Assembly (NCBI RefSeq): GCF_052425735.1
Contig: NC_135759.1
Location: 35,030,001-35,094,000 of the forward strand
Direction of reading: 5' to 3'
Source: Oculina patagonica
Lineage: Eukaryota
Length of the DNA stretch: 64,000 nt
Made by a program: the position numbers and the translations under genes. The notes under the pieces were generated by a model. That model worked only from the letters and a program-made list of their open reading frames with translations. It was not told where the DNA came from and made no database searches. Below, in pieces: positions 25,901 to 38,600 of the stretch. Every line of letters starts with the position of its first letter. Position 1 is the stretch's first letter.

Positions 25901-28900
25901 AATTTGGAAAACGTTTTTTGGTTTTGATCATCACGTTTGCTTATTAAGGGAACTGTACATGTTCCTATGAGAAGCTCTCCAAATAGTACTTATTCAGAGT
26001 TTTGTCTACGGAATGTGTTCTTATATTATAATTATTACAATTTCTATAACATTCTCTTTGTAGTAAATAATAAAGATGGTAAATTTTAAGCTAGGTAATA
26101 AATAATGAAGATGAAGTATTCAACATGACACGAGCATGGGACAAAGAAAATCTGAGTCCCCGACGGGAATTGAATCCATGGCCTCCCAGATACCGGTTCA
26201 ACATTCTCTTTATCTTTAACCTTTAGAAATTAGAACGACGGGCACACAGGGTTACCAAAAATCCATCTGACAGTTCCTGGATTTCTACTGAGTCTGCTGC
26301 ACCAAAGTTATGGTACAAGTGTATGGCAGGAATACAACGGCTTCTATCCAGTCAAATTTGTGACAACGCCTGCAATCTGATACACGGTGAGTATAACAAG
26401 CTTCCGTGTGTTCAAAAGTAGAGCGTGGCCGATTGGTTTAGGGCGCTGGTGTTGTAATCCGGAGGTCACCGGTTCGAGGCCTGCCCTTGCCACTAGCTGG
26501 ATTTGTTTCTCGGTTGTCCCGAGCTCAAATCCTCGACCACGCTTTGTATATAGCCAACTGGTCTGCCTCCTGCCAGTTGGGATTTTTAACCTTGTTATTT
26601 TCATTTATAAATTATTTGTTTCCTCTGTTTCAGTGGCATGCCTGTAAACTAGCTATCTCGTTGAGATATGAAGCTAAGTGCATGACCACTTTAAAAACAT
26701 ATTTTTTTTTAATCTGTACAACATCATCATAGAAGCCTGGGAATGAACAACTTTATTTAGGCAGGGTGGCCCAATCAGCACTTGGTTGGTATCAAAAGGG
26801 GCCCTGCGTAAAATAGGTCTTTTAGGTCTCTTTGGTACAAACATCTGTAATTGGCTGTCTTGCTTTTTTCTTAGATTACTCAGATTACTGGACAAACTGG
26901 ACATGGCAAGATACGTTTGATGTGATGATCATTTCATGGATGATTAATTTTTGTGCCATTGCATTATACTTCACTATTCACTTCACTGGAAAGATAATAC
27001 GACTCAAGAGGTAAGAGTGAACCAGCTGTGATGTCATTAACGAAAAGCTAGTAAGAAGAACTTAAAAGAAAATCGTTGTAAACGAGATATTTGGTGGTTT
27101 AGCGGCTTCTACCCTGAGATTCTCTTGTTAATGGGTGGAAAAGTTACCCTGGGTGTTGAGGCTTTTTCTCGTACCCTTTCCTTGGCGTACAATCAGAGGC
27201 TATTGAAGAGCCACTAGAAGTGGTCATTATCACTGGTTAAGCCGGCGGCGTTAACGTGAGGCGTGTTTAAATCAATCTAGTCCAGAATCTGGATTTTAAT
27301 GCCGATTGGCTTTTTCTACGTCTGAATCTTAAAACTCTGAAACCAAGTGAGAAAAACCTTAAGTTCATGTAGTAAGGGAATAAATTAGTAAATACTCGTA
27401 CAAATGTACAGACGCTAACAGTAGAAACATACGTGGAGAAGTATGCTTTCGAGATAACGCTTATTTCAATGCTAATACGATAGAAATAATATGCATTTCT
27501 TTGCACAACTTAGGCTACCTCTTAACACGTTCAATTGTCTTTTTTTTCTGTTTTTCAGATTACAGTATGCAATTGAACGTGAGCGGCTACGAGAACTCAA
27601 GCTTGCGCGCGAACGAGCAGCTCAGCCGAAACCATGGCGACCAAAGCCCAAAAAGAAACGACGAAAGAAGCTAGGCGAATGGTGATCATAAAGAAAGATT
27701 TCCACAGATAACTAATGAAAACATTGAGTGTTACTAATGATGCGTTTTGTAATAACGGACATAACGTGCTGAGTTTGAAATAAAAGTTTTGTTCTGTTTG
27801 TTATACAGTTGTTTTGTTGCTTTTAATCGTGGCCTGCAACACGTTTTAACACATTATTTGGACAGACACCGATTAAATAGTTAATTATACGCTATAAAAT
27901 ACTGCCTTTTGATTCGGTTAAAAGAAAACATCTCAGCATAAGGGGACCGATTTGATTGCCAGTCCAAAAATCCCCTGTGAAAACATACGACTCAAACTGG
28001 CATTTTGAACAGGAAACCAAATGGGGAAGAACCAAAAACCACATCGACTACCAAATCCGAAAAACCGCTTGTATTTTTGCCGAAAACCAAAAACCAAATG
28101 CCAATAGAAAGAAAACCCACAAACCGCATAAGACACTAAAACCGAAAAACCGATCTAAAAAATGGCCGAAACCACAAAACCGAAAATCCCAACGCCTCCC
28201 TCCTTGTGCTACATTGACCCTTCCTACCCTATGTCGCATTTTAACCTGCTCTAAAGTGACAATACCACCTGAATTGTCATACCCCACAACAATCAAAGAT
28301 GAAGAAGTCTCTAAACATCCTAAATTTTGCAGTAGATACAGACTCCTAAAAAAATCATGCAATAGACAGAAGAAAAGCTTACTTGTAGATATAACACAAT
28401 CCACATCTCTTGTACTGTACATGTCATTATAAAAATCTTCTCTTGAAGCTTCAAGCTTCTTATCGTAACATGGCATGATGGTCACATGGTAAATCTCATC
28501 TGGACTGTTGAGAAAAAAGATGAATACTGCATTTTATGTGTCACATGAGGGGAAGGAAATCTCAACAAAAGAAAAAGTGGGAAGCAGTAGACATAATCAT
28601 AAATCAAATAAAGACATTTGCATTAAACGTTACACATTGCTGATCGTACCTTTTCCCTAATGATGCACCAAAGTGGTTCTTCACTAAAGAACCCATGATT
28701 TGCTGAGGAGATTTTGTTGTGCTTAAATGAAGAGCAAAATGAGAATTGATCAGATATCTGCACTAGCTAACTCAGGCTGACCAATAAGCCGCCCTGCTGG
28801 CAGACTACATCCAATGCATTTAACATGTTGACAAACACTGACCATTGACTGAACAACACCAATGCTATGGTTGGATCAAATAAGTAATTAGCTCTGCTAG

Positions 28901-30517
28901 AAATATGTAACTGTTTTGACAACACAAACGAAGGATTGGGTGCATTTTCTGGGGTAGGGTAGGGGTTTATAGATTCTGCTGACAGTCTGCAGCATTTGTT
29001 TTAATTTCTGTTAAAAACAAAATAATCCACACCAACCAAGATTGAAAGGCAAACTGTCCCTACACTATTTTGACACAAGAGACCATTGCCAGAAAGAACT
29101 AAAGATTGAAATACTATCATAAACTATTCACATTGACAAATGTCACCCTGCTTGAGCTGTTGAGGCGTTTTAAAAAACCTATTTGTTACACACTCTGGGA
29201 GGGACAACAAAAACAAATTCATTTATCATATACCAGTAAGGCAGTAAGAGTAATTTCAGGGCATCTTTACCTGATATAAGGTAAAACGTAGCTACCATGA
29301 GTCTTTTCAGCATAACAAACCCAACCTGATTGGAAATACAAACAAAATGTAACAGACTCAAAACAAAGTACCATTAAGCTATGAACTAGTGAAGCCACAT
29401 ACAACAGAAATACAAAATTATCTTAAAAACGTCCATTTGTTTGGAATGTAATTTGTGGGCAATGCAGCAAAGGTCCTAATTTTTACCTCATGGCAACAAA
29501 TGTAATTTGTAATAGTCATAGATTAGCATAAATTACTGTTTTGCCGGCACGGACCAGAGGGTTGGGCGCGGGTTTGCGGTGTGCAATGTATAGTGGGATT
29601 TGAGTTTGTAATAGATGACCGTTAGGAAGGTGAGACATTATACGGTCAGCCTTCGCCACGTTTCGGTCAATGTTTGGTTTTATTTTTATTTCCTTTGTCA
29701 TCCGTGGATGCAGGCTTGCGCTTCGTTTTGTTTAAGTATTTAGTTCTCCTATTATAATTGTATCACTGTAAGATCATATATTTCGTAAAGTATTGTTTAC
29801 AGTACTTTAGATAAGTACACCCTGAAACCCCAAGGGTTGCGCCACTGCCTTGGTCGGGGGCACAAGTTCCCCGTTTTCTCCACTTGCTGGTTTTTAGGGG
29901 TTTTCGTGTCCGGCTCTGGTGCATTAAGTTTTCTAACGCTATTCATAGTTTGTAATTTCTTGTATTATCCGTTGAGATTGAATAAACGGGACGGTGGCTC
30001 GGCTGGCCAACGCACCCAATTTATAACTGAGATGTGTGTCCGGATGTGTAGTGGAGGCAAAACCTGTGCTTTCTCTCTCTCCACTACATTGTACATGTCT
30101 ATTGAAACACAGCCACATTTCCAAAATATTAATCAACCCCAGTTGCTCAAAGGCTGGACAAGGCTATCCATACAGTAAACACTATCTTGTGGATAAGAAG
30201 AACAATGCAACAGTGTGATTTTCATTATCCATCCTTCTAACAACAGGGGCCTCATATAATAAATGACTTGCAGGCCAGTGTTGCTTGCTAAGACAATTCT
30301 CACCTGGACAAGCAGATGCTAACATGGGAATGGCGTTCTTCTCCCCTGATTGTTGACTCTTAAATCTCCGAACAAACTCCAACTGACTACCAAAGAAAAA
30401 TCAAGCTGATTTCAATGCAGTGACATGGTTCATACAGGAAAGAGACACTTTTTAAATATTAATTTACTATCTAGCTAGTACTGTAATATGAATTCATGAA
30501 TAATAATAATAATAATA

Positions 30518-30553
<36 letters not shown>

Positions 30554-32636
30554 GATTAAATAAAAACTTTATTAACCAATTTCTAAAAGAATTACAATGA
30601 TTTGACTATTCGAATAAGAACTTTATATATAAACATATTATTTACATAATAATAAAAACAGTGTCTTTAAAAAATGTAGAAAAATAGTAAAAGCAACTTC
30701 GAGAGCAATAATAAAAGAAGAACTATATATTAAAAAAAAAATAATCGATCTAAATTGCAGTACGAGAATTCTCTACTTGAAAGTCCATATCATAAATGTC
30801 AATGTTCCTGTTTCTCTTTACAGTTCTTGATCCCCTTAAGCAGATTAAGGCGGATCGGAGGATCGCAAATGAGACTTTTGATCTGATCCAAGACACCGTT
30901 GTTGCGTAATCCTCCCCTTTCTTTGCGGCGATTAATTCTGCAAGCCTACTGTGATACCTCTTGCACTCCTCGCCCATTCCTCCGGTGGATGTAAACACCA
31001 ATGGAGTGAAAGTTCCCTGTTCTACTTGAAGAACCCTGTCTGCGTAAGCCCTCTTCTTCTCATTCTCATGGTTACGGTATATCTGCTTGGGGGTTTGGTC
31101 CTTGTAGGAATCCGCGTTGGGGTGACACACCCTCACATCAAAGAACGCGGATCTCTGCTTCTCCCAAAACCCCCGGGCATGTATATCTAGGCGAGCATCT
31201 GGCGTTGTGTTAGCGCCGCTTGGTAGCCTCTCTCCAGTCAGCTCTTGAAGGACGGGCTCTATTTCGACATCATTACAGACCATCTTAAGCAAGTCAGCCT
31301 CGAGGTCACGGAGTTCATTATGGCGCTGAATTATGAATCCGCCTCTCCTACAAATCATTGCATGATCGATTGTAAAGGCGTCACCGCACACGCACACTGT
31401 CGGCTTGTCGTCAATTTCCCAGTCGTACCTGAGCTTTACAGCATCTCGGAACTCGCCTTTATTCAGGTTGTAGCCCATGTCCTTTAATGGGAGGACCGTG
31501 AGCCAGTTAGAAGCACCTTTCTCGGTTGCGAGATCAATGGCTCGTTGTGTCTTCTGAGGTAGAGACTCCCTGACATTGCCAAGCCTAGTCTGAAGCGCTT
31601 CGTTGGTTTCTCTTCGCACGCACTGCTGTAGTGTCTTGACAGCAGTATCAGCCGGTGTTTCATGATCCTGTGCGATTATTTTCTCGACTAGGGGCGCTGT
31701 GATCTTGGTTGACACCTTGAATTGGGACGCTGCATCCTGGCTTGGATTAATAAGTCCAAGCCCCCCTAGCCGCACTGGAAGTGCCACTAGGTCCCTCTCT
31801 TCTTTTGTGCAGTGGTGATCAGTGATTGATGGTATTAGTACATCTGCAATAGCACGCTCCAGGGGCTCTAATAGATCTTCTATATCAGGAAGTGTTCTGA
31901 GAAAATATGTCCAGCGGTGGCGTAGTCCGAAGGTGAATGCCGCATAGCACGCCTGTGGGTTTGATGTGTCATACTCGGCTAGCTTTACCACCTGGCTCAC
32001 CCACTCCTCAACCTTTCCATCGACATACTCTTCGAGATAAGCTCGAGAGCCCAGAGCGGCGCCTAGATGTTTTTGTCCCTGCGTAGAGATGTTTATCGCA
32101 GTCCCCTCGAAGATAGCTTTAGCATGGTCCTTCTTGTCGGGTTTCGTAATAAGCCAGCACTTTTTGGCGTTAGGGTAGTACCCCAAATCAGGTCCTGCCT
32201 CAGTCAGCACATCCCACCATCGCTTGATATCTTCCAATGAACCTGCACCACTCGCGTCATCGGCAAACCAGCACTGCTTCAAATCGTTCGAAATCCCCAA
32301 ACGAGTAATCAGAGGTTGTAGACTGATGGCGTAAATTCCCATCGCTAGAGGATCTCCTTGCGTTGTACCCTCTGCAGACTTGATCTCCTTCCCTCCGATT
32401 ATGAATAATCTTGCTGGTTCTCGATACGTATTGATAGCGTACGTTGCAATAGGTGGGCAGAGTACTCTAATATTGTGGAGGGCAGCAGCTCTGTTTAGTG
32501 CATTGAATGCATTTGAGGCGTCAATCAGGAGTACAGCATCCGTCTCATCAGCTTCGAATATAGAGTGTATGGCGTGGACTGCGGCTTCGCTTCCACTCTT
32601 ATTAATTAATTATAATTATTTTAACTCTTATTAATT

Positions 32637-32669
<33 letters not shown>

Positions 32670-35600
32670 TTTATTACCGTGTCTAAAAAATGTTTAGCTG
32701 AGGGGAAAAGTCCCCTCTACTAATTGTGGACACCTGACTAAGAAAAAACTTTAAAAAAACTTAAACCTATCATTATACAACTATTACAATAATTAATAAT
32801 TTAAAGTTAAAATAAGTTAAAAAAAGAAGCTATTAACATAATAAAAACGGGTAAAAAAGTAATTCTATTTATGTGATAAAAAAGACTATATACATGGCTA
32901 GTATTAGTAGTCACAGAGGCGGCAATTGCAGCGTTCATTGTTTAAAAAGCTATTGAAGTCATGTTTCCGAATCGTTTTCTTAAATGTCAACATTAGCTAA
33001 ACTAGTCATAATGTTGAAAGTTTCGACATAAGAACCAAATTTAGAATTAAATTCCTTTCTTTTGGAGAAGATGTTTAACTTGTAGGTCAAGGCTCTTGCC
33101 TGCCAAGTGATTTTCAAAACTAGACTATGATAAAGTGATGAACTGCATAATAATCAGGTGTAATAATTACTGTACCTTTCTGCAAGACTAAAATCTCTGG
33201 AAAAGGTAGTGTCAAAAACATGGTGAACACCTGAAATTTCATTTCAAAATAATTAGTGGAATTAAGCTGAAGTAAATTCTTCCTTTTTTTAGTTTTAATG
33301 AATCTATGCATTTTTAACAACTTACAGTAAGCGGACATGTTGTCATGGTCCCAATCACACACACAAGCACTTGATTTTTAACTTCTCATATGCAGACACC
33401 TCCCATTAGCAGACACTTACGCGTGGTCCTAGCCACATACCAGTACAAAGACTTGACTTATGTCCAAAGCCCTAAGTGGGCAAAGGGCCGGACATCCTCC
33501 TCCGCAATGCTGCACGGTAGCGGGCAGCCACCGCTGCCTCATTCCAGGAGCCGAAACCCAAAGCCACTCTTTCTCTTTCGGCAGTTCTTCGCCAAGTCTC
33601 CTTCGGTCGGCCACGACTTCGCCTTCCCTCAGGGGCCCATGTTAATGCCAGTACAAAGAGTACATTTTTAACCCTCCGTAAGCAGACACCTCCCCTAAGG
33701 GGGCATTTTTTTCATGTCCCAAGGTTGTCTGCCTATGAGAAGTTTCACTGTACTTCTATAACAATTATTATGTTTATCTGAAATTAGCAGGTGAGCTTTG
33801 TTTCTTTTCCCTTTTAGATGCATGATTGTGTAGATTGACATAATGTATGGCAGCTACATTGTCTTAACATTTAAATTGATGCCTTACCTAAATCTTTAAA
33901 AAATGTTGTCAGTTTCTTTGCTGTCTAAAAATGAAAAAAAATACACTTAAAGGGGCTAGGTCACGGTATTTTAGGTAATTCTATTTATTTTTGTTAATTA
34001 AGAGCACTAAACTTTAAATTGGCAGAACAAAAGTCTTTTTTTGGCAAAATCACAGCCACATAACAAACAAGGATGATTTTTGAGCATTATAAATGACGCT
34101 TTCATACAAAATGAGATAAACTTGAAAAAAGTCGGCCAAGTTTACCAGAATGCAATCCGTTTAATCTTCTCAAATTTGGCCCATCCATGCTGCTTTTTGA
34201 CATTTCTGTGTTTCTTTTGAGTTCTTCTAAAGTTTTAAGCCATTATTGTGATATTTCAGTTAATTCTATGACCAGTTGTTCAGTGCCCAAATTGCCAAAA
34301 ATTGCGTGACATAGCCCCTTTGATACAAGCTTGGTTAATTTATTAGAAATAAATTAAACGGCAAAACAACATTTTGGACTTAACCCCTTCCCATATCAAA
34401 CTTTAACTAGCCACTGTACGTAAGTACTGGTGAACCTTTATATGACAGTTACCCAGCAGCGGAATTGATTGGGATTAAAAGAGATCAGAAAAAGCTCAAC
34501 GTCTTCCTACACAAGTGCCTCAGTTGCATATATACTGGCAGACGAGAGTGTCAAACAAAGAGATCAGATTAATGGTGAAGATAGAAGAAATCATGCAGCA
34601 GATAATATGAAGGTTATTGTACAGCTGAGGATGAATGTAAATGACCACCCCAGCATAGCACACACTTGGACCTGGAGAAGAACAGGAGGGAGGGAAAGGG
34701 GAAGTTTGGTTTCAAAGGCCGATACATTGCTGGGGCTTGTTCGAAAGACGAAGAAACATGGCAAGAGTGATAGCAATTGCTATTTCTCAGTTATGGTGGA
34801 TTTCCAGTGCTGCATAATTTAGAGACAATGTATGAATGGTTTGGGTACACATTTACCAACTGAAGTCGTTCATGCATTGTCTCTCATTTTCTTGCACGCA
34901 CCTAAACGTACATAACATAAAAAATTACGCGTCACTAGAAATCCACCTTTAGGGAAAAGGAAAAGATGATGATGATGATAATGATGATGAGAATTTATTG
35001 GACAATGAGAAGAGGTGGTAATTGTATGGAAATGTCAGTAAGAGTAAAATGTGTACTGGTAAATTGATGCAAAGTCAGGAAAAAACAAACCTGGCTGTTG
35101 GTGGAGGTGAATGTTTCAGTTAAAACTAATGACTCACCTCTGTTACAGTTAATCTGAACTTTGCTGCAACTGAAGCTCTTGATTGTGGAGACACTGAAAC
35201 TATGATCACTTTCTGGCCTTCAGATTTTCCTTCCTAAAAATGAAATAAGTAGCTAAATAAAATTTAACAAGCGTTGCACACAACAGTCATGCGACTGACA
35301 AACCTGTGGCTCTAGGATAACTGATGAAATTGGTATTTAGCTAGTACAGGTAAAAACTGAGACATGATACCATCTAATCTATTAATAACATCAAGAGATC
35401 TCTATACACTGTTAAACTGGTAAATTGTCAACAGCCAAATTTATGAGGTCTTGCTGTGTTTTTGCTAAAGCTCCACTTATCCCAGGAAAGCAGTTACACT
35501 CAGTTCAAGAAAAGTTCTTTTTCTACAGCCAGACTCACAGCTAAATTCCTTAAGTATGCAAGAATGTAGTACTAAATACCTCGGCAAGTTTGTGGTTGTT

Positions 35601-38600
35601 TTCTATAATCTTGTATAACTCATCTTGACTCTGCTGTGTTATCAGAACACTTTCGGCCGACGTTATACAACCACTAAAAATAAAGTTGAGATCAAGGTTT
35701 ACAACATGATAAATATATATTTTTTTTAAAATGTCTACAGAAGTAGAAGTTTGTCACAACAATAACCTTATAGTTAAGGTTCTCTATCCTTATTACATAC
35801 CTACAAGCCAAGCAGTCATTTAGTGTTATCTGTGCTCTTTGAAGTTTGGTCCTCTCTCCACCCTTGAAGTAAAAGATAACAGTCAGGCAGGCCTTTCGAA
35901 TTTAGTGCTAATTTTCAAACATAAAAAACCTTGTGCACATAAAAAAATGTTCTCCAACCATATAAAACCTTCCTCGGAGCCCCAGGGGCAGTTAATCCCG
36001 TTGTCCCGATAAGTTGCCCATTGCCCCCACTAACTGCCCCTGGGTCTCCGAGGATGTATAAAAACAGGCACCATTTTCTCTGATTTTTAGTTCTTAGCTT
36101 CTTTTGTCAGGAGGGGTTGCCTACAGTTGCCAATAATCAACAAGTGAATCAAATTAACATTTAAACTTTGAAAAATTCAAAACCTGGGCACTTTCTTTGT
36201 GTAGCAGACTATCACCTCTGTCAGTTGGGTAATAATGGAATTATAATTAGGTTCTCTGTCAGGCTATGGGTAGTTTATACTTGCTTCATTTTTTATCAAA
36301 TAATTGCAGGTCTATTTTCTTTTCAAGAAGTTGGTTTTTAAAGATTCCAAAACCGTCCACTGATAAATATTTTACATTGTAAGAAATAAGTGTTAGGGAA
36401 AGTTATTGCAGGACCACTTTATATTTATCTTCCATAATAAATAAATCTAGTAAATAATAAAGATGGTAAATTTTAAGCTCGGTGATAAATAATGAAGAAA
36501 TTGTTCAACATGACACGAGCGTGGGACAAAGAAAAAATCTGAGTCCCCGACGGGAATCGAACTCATGGCCTCCCAGATACCGGTTGGGCGCTCTAACCAA
36601 CTGAGCTACGAGAGACTCGTTGAGAGCTGGGCCATTTTACTAGGTTGATATGTGACACGCGTCCTGCATACTGCTAGGATCAGCAATGTCGAAATCATCA
36701 AGTCAGTGTCGAAATCATCAATTAAAATCATCTAGTAATCAAAGTCTCTTCGAGATACCGACTTTTTTTGCATGAAGTATGAGTCGAAGGTTTATCCTGT
36801 GCATTGTTCTTCGAACTTATCATTACGGTTGCTTTGTAGTTTAGTTTAACAATTTCCTATCTTCGCGGAGGAAATGCAGCCATATAATTTTGTCAAAAAT
36901 GGCTCGTCCGCGCCGGGTATTTATACACATATTCCTCAACATTACACAAATAAACAGTGCAAATTTCACCGAGATCTGACAATTCTATACTTTAAAATTG
37001 CAAGGACCTTTCGAGGCAGTCGATTACGGCAGCGAAATTAACAAATGAAACAGCAAAATATGCGTTCGACGCTTTGTTTTTGTGACGCCATATTTGAATT
37101 GTTATAGGTAGACCGCTGTTCAATGTGTTCAAGGCCGTATCGTTACGATTGCTCCACGAAAGAGCACGAAAAAAATACGGATATTTCCGACTACTGTCGG
37201 AGAAAACATTGCGTAAACAAATCGATACACTCAAGCTGCGTTTTTTCTGACTCGTCCCCAGTCGTCTTCATATAGCACGCGGCAATCTCTCCCTCCGCTG
37301 TATATTTGCCGCGTGCTGTATGAAGACGACTGGGGACGAGTCAGGCGTTTTTTCGCTCCCCGCCCCCACCCTCTTGCTTCTTCTGTTTTGTGCTGCGTCC
37401 AGGTCTCTCGCCGATCTCACCAAGCGCTCATCGATCGAAAAACACGAAAAATAGAGGGCTGTGGACAGTCTATGCGAGGGTCGGATATCAAGACAGCTTC
37501 TTCGTGGGCTTCAAAGAAGGATTAAACAAAAGCCATATATATACAGTGAATGCTATCGAATTATATTTGAAGATGAAATACGAAGGAATTTTGCTGTCTT
37601 TGACTGGAATTCCACTCGAACTGCGTAGATACGATCGCATGTTGTAAAGCCGATTCATGCAACATTGCTGTCAACGCGAGGTCACGTCCCTAACGACCTA
37701 GGCTGATGACGAAATAGAATGGGCGCTTGTAGCGACCAAATTTGGCCTAAAAAAGAAGCCTTAAAAGAAGCCCCCATCTCTTGCATTTGTTTTAACTTCA
37801 ATAATATCTTTGAAAAGAGCAAGTTTTTTGGTATGGTTTATTTTTGACGTTTGTAATTTTTAAACGATGTAAGTGCTAGTGGCTATTTATTTGTGTTTTA
37901 GTTACGCAATCCATTGTTTGTGCGACGCTTTTTATAGATCGCCTTTCAGACACACGTGCGTTGAGATAAGAAAGCTGACATGTCACTTTTAACATTGTTA
38001 TATAACGTTTGTAAATGTGACAAGTCACGTTTTTTCCACGAGATCGCGTGATCACCCACAGCGGAAAGTAATCCCTTGAGAAATTAAAATATTCCCTTGA
38101 GAAATTAAAAAAGTCCCTTGAGAGTAGACAAGAATGTTCCAAATTTTGCCCCACATAACTGCTATTCTCCTATTTTCGCTTGTAAACAAGCAAAAAAAGT
38201 CGCAAAAATGGTCCAGCTCTCAACGAGTCTCTCGTAGCTCAGTTGGTTAGAGCGCCCAACTGGTATCTGGGAGGCCATGGGTTCCCGTCGGGGACTCAGA
38301 TTTTTTCTTTGTCCCACGCTCGTGTCATGTTGAACAATTTCTTCATTAAATAAATCTATGTGCTCTTTTTACTACTGGTACATATCAAGGGATTCAGGGT
38401 TACCTCAGATAGCTGAACATAGCTTCCATCATCTTCAATCTTGATTTTTGCCAACTGTTCAGGATTATAAAAATAATAAATAAAAGTTTAAATATCATAT
38501 ACAGTGAAAACTCAATTTCTCAAGCCTCCATTTAAAGGGAACATAAAATCAAGAGTTCAATAAATCAGGGAACAGAATTACAGTGCTTGACTTAGTGAAG

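Noticed and set aside
27956-28432. 158-aa K/P-rich ORF
   Set aside because: Derived from an AAAACCG-rich interspersed repeat plus antisense NARFL intron and exon sequence
36540-36615. tRNA genes (also 1612, 14030, 26421, 38230, 40705, 43290)
   Set aside because: The tRNA-like heads are embedded in longer repeated bodies, several with TSDs, and lack a proper acceptor stem; they are SINEs
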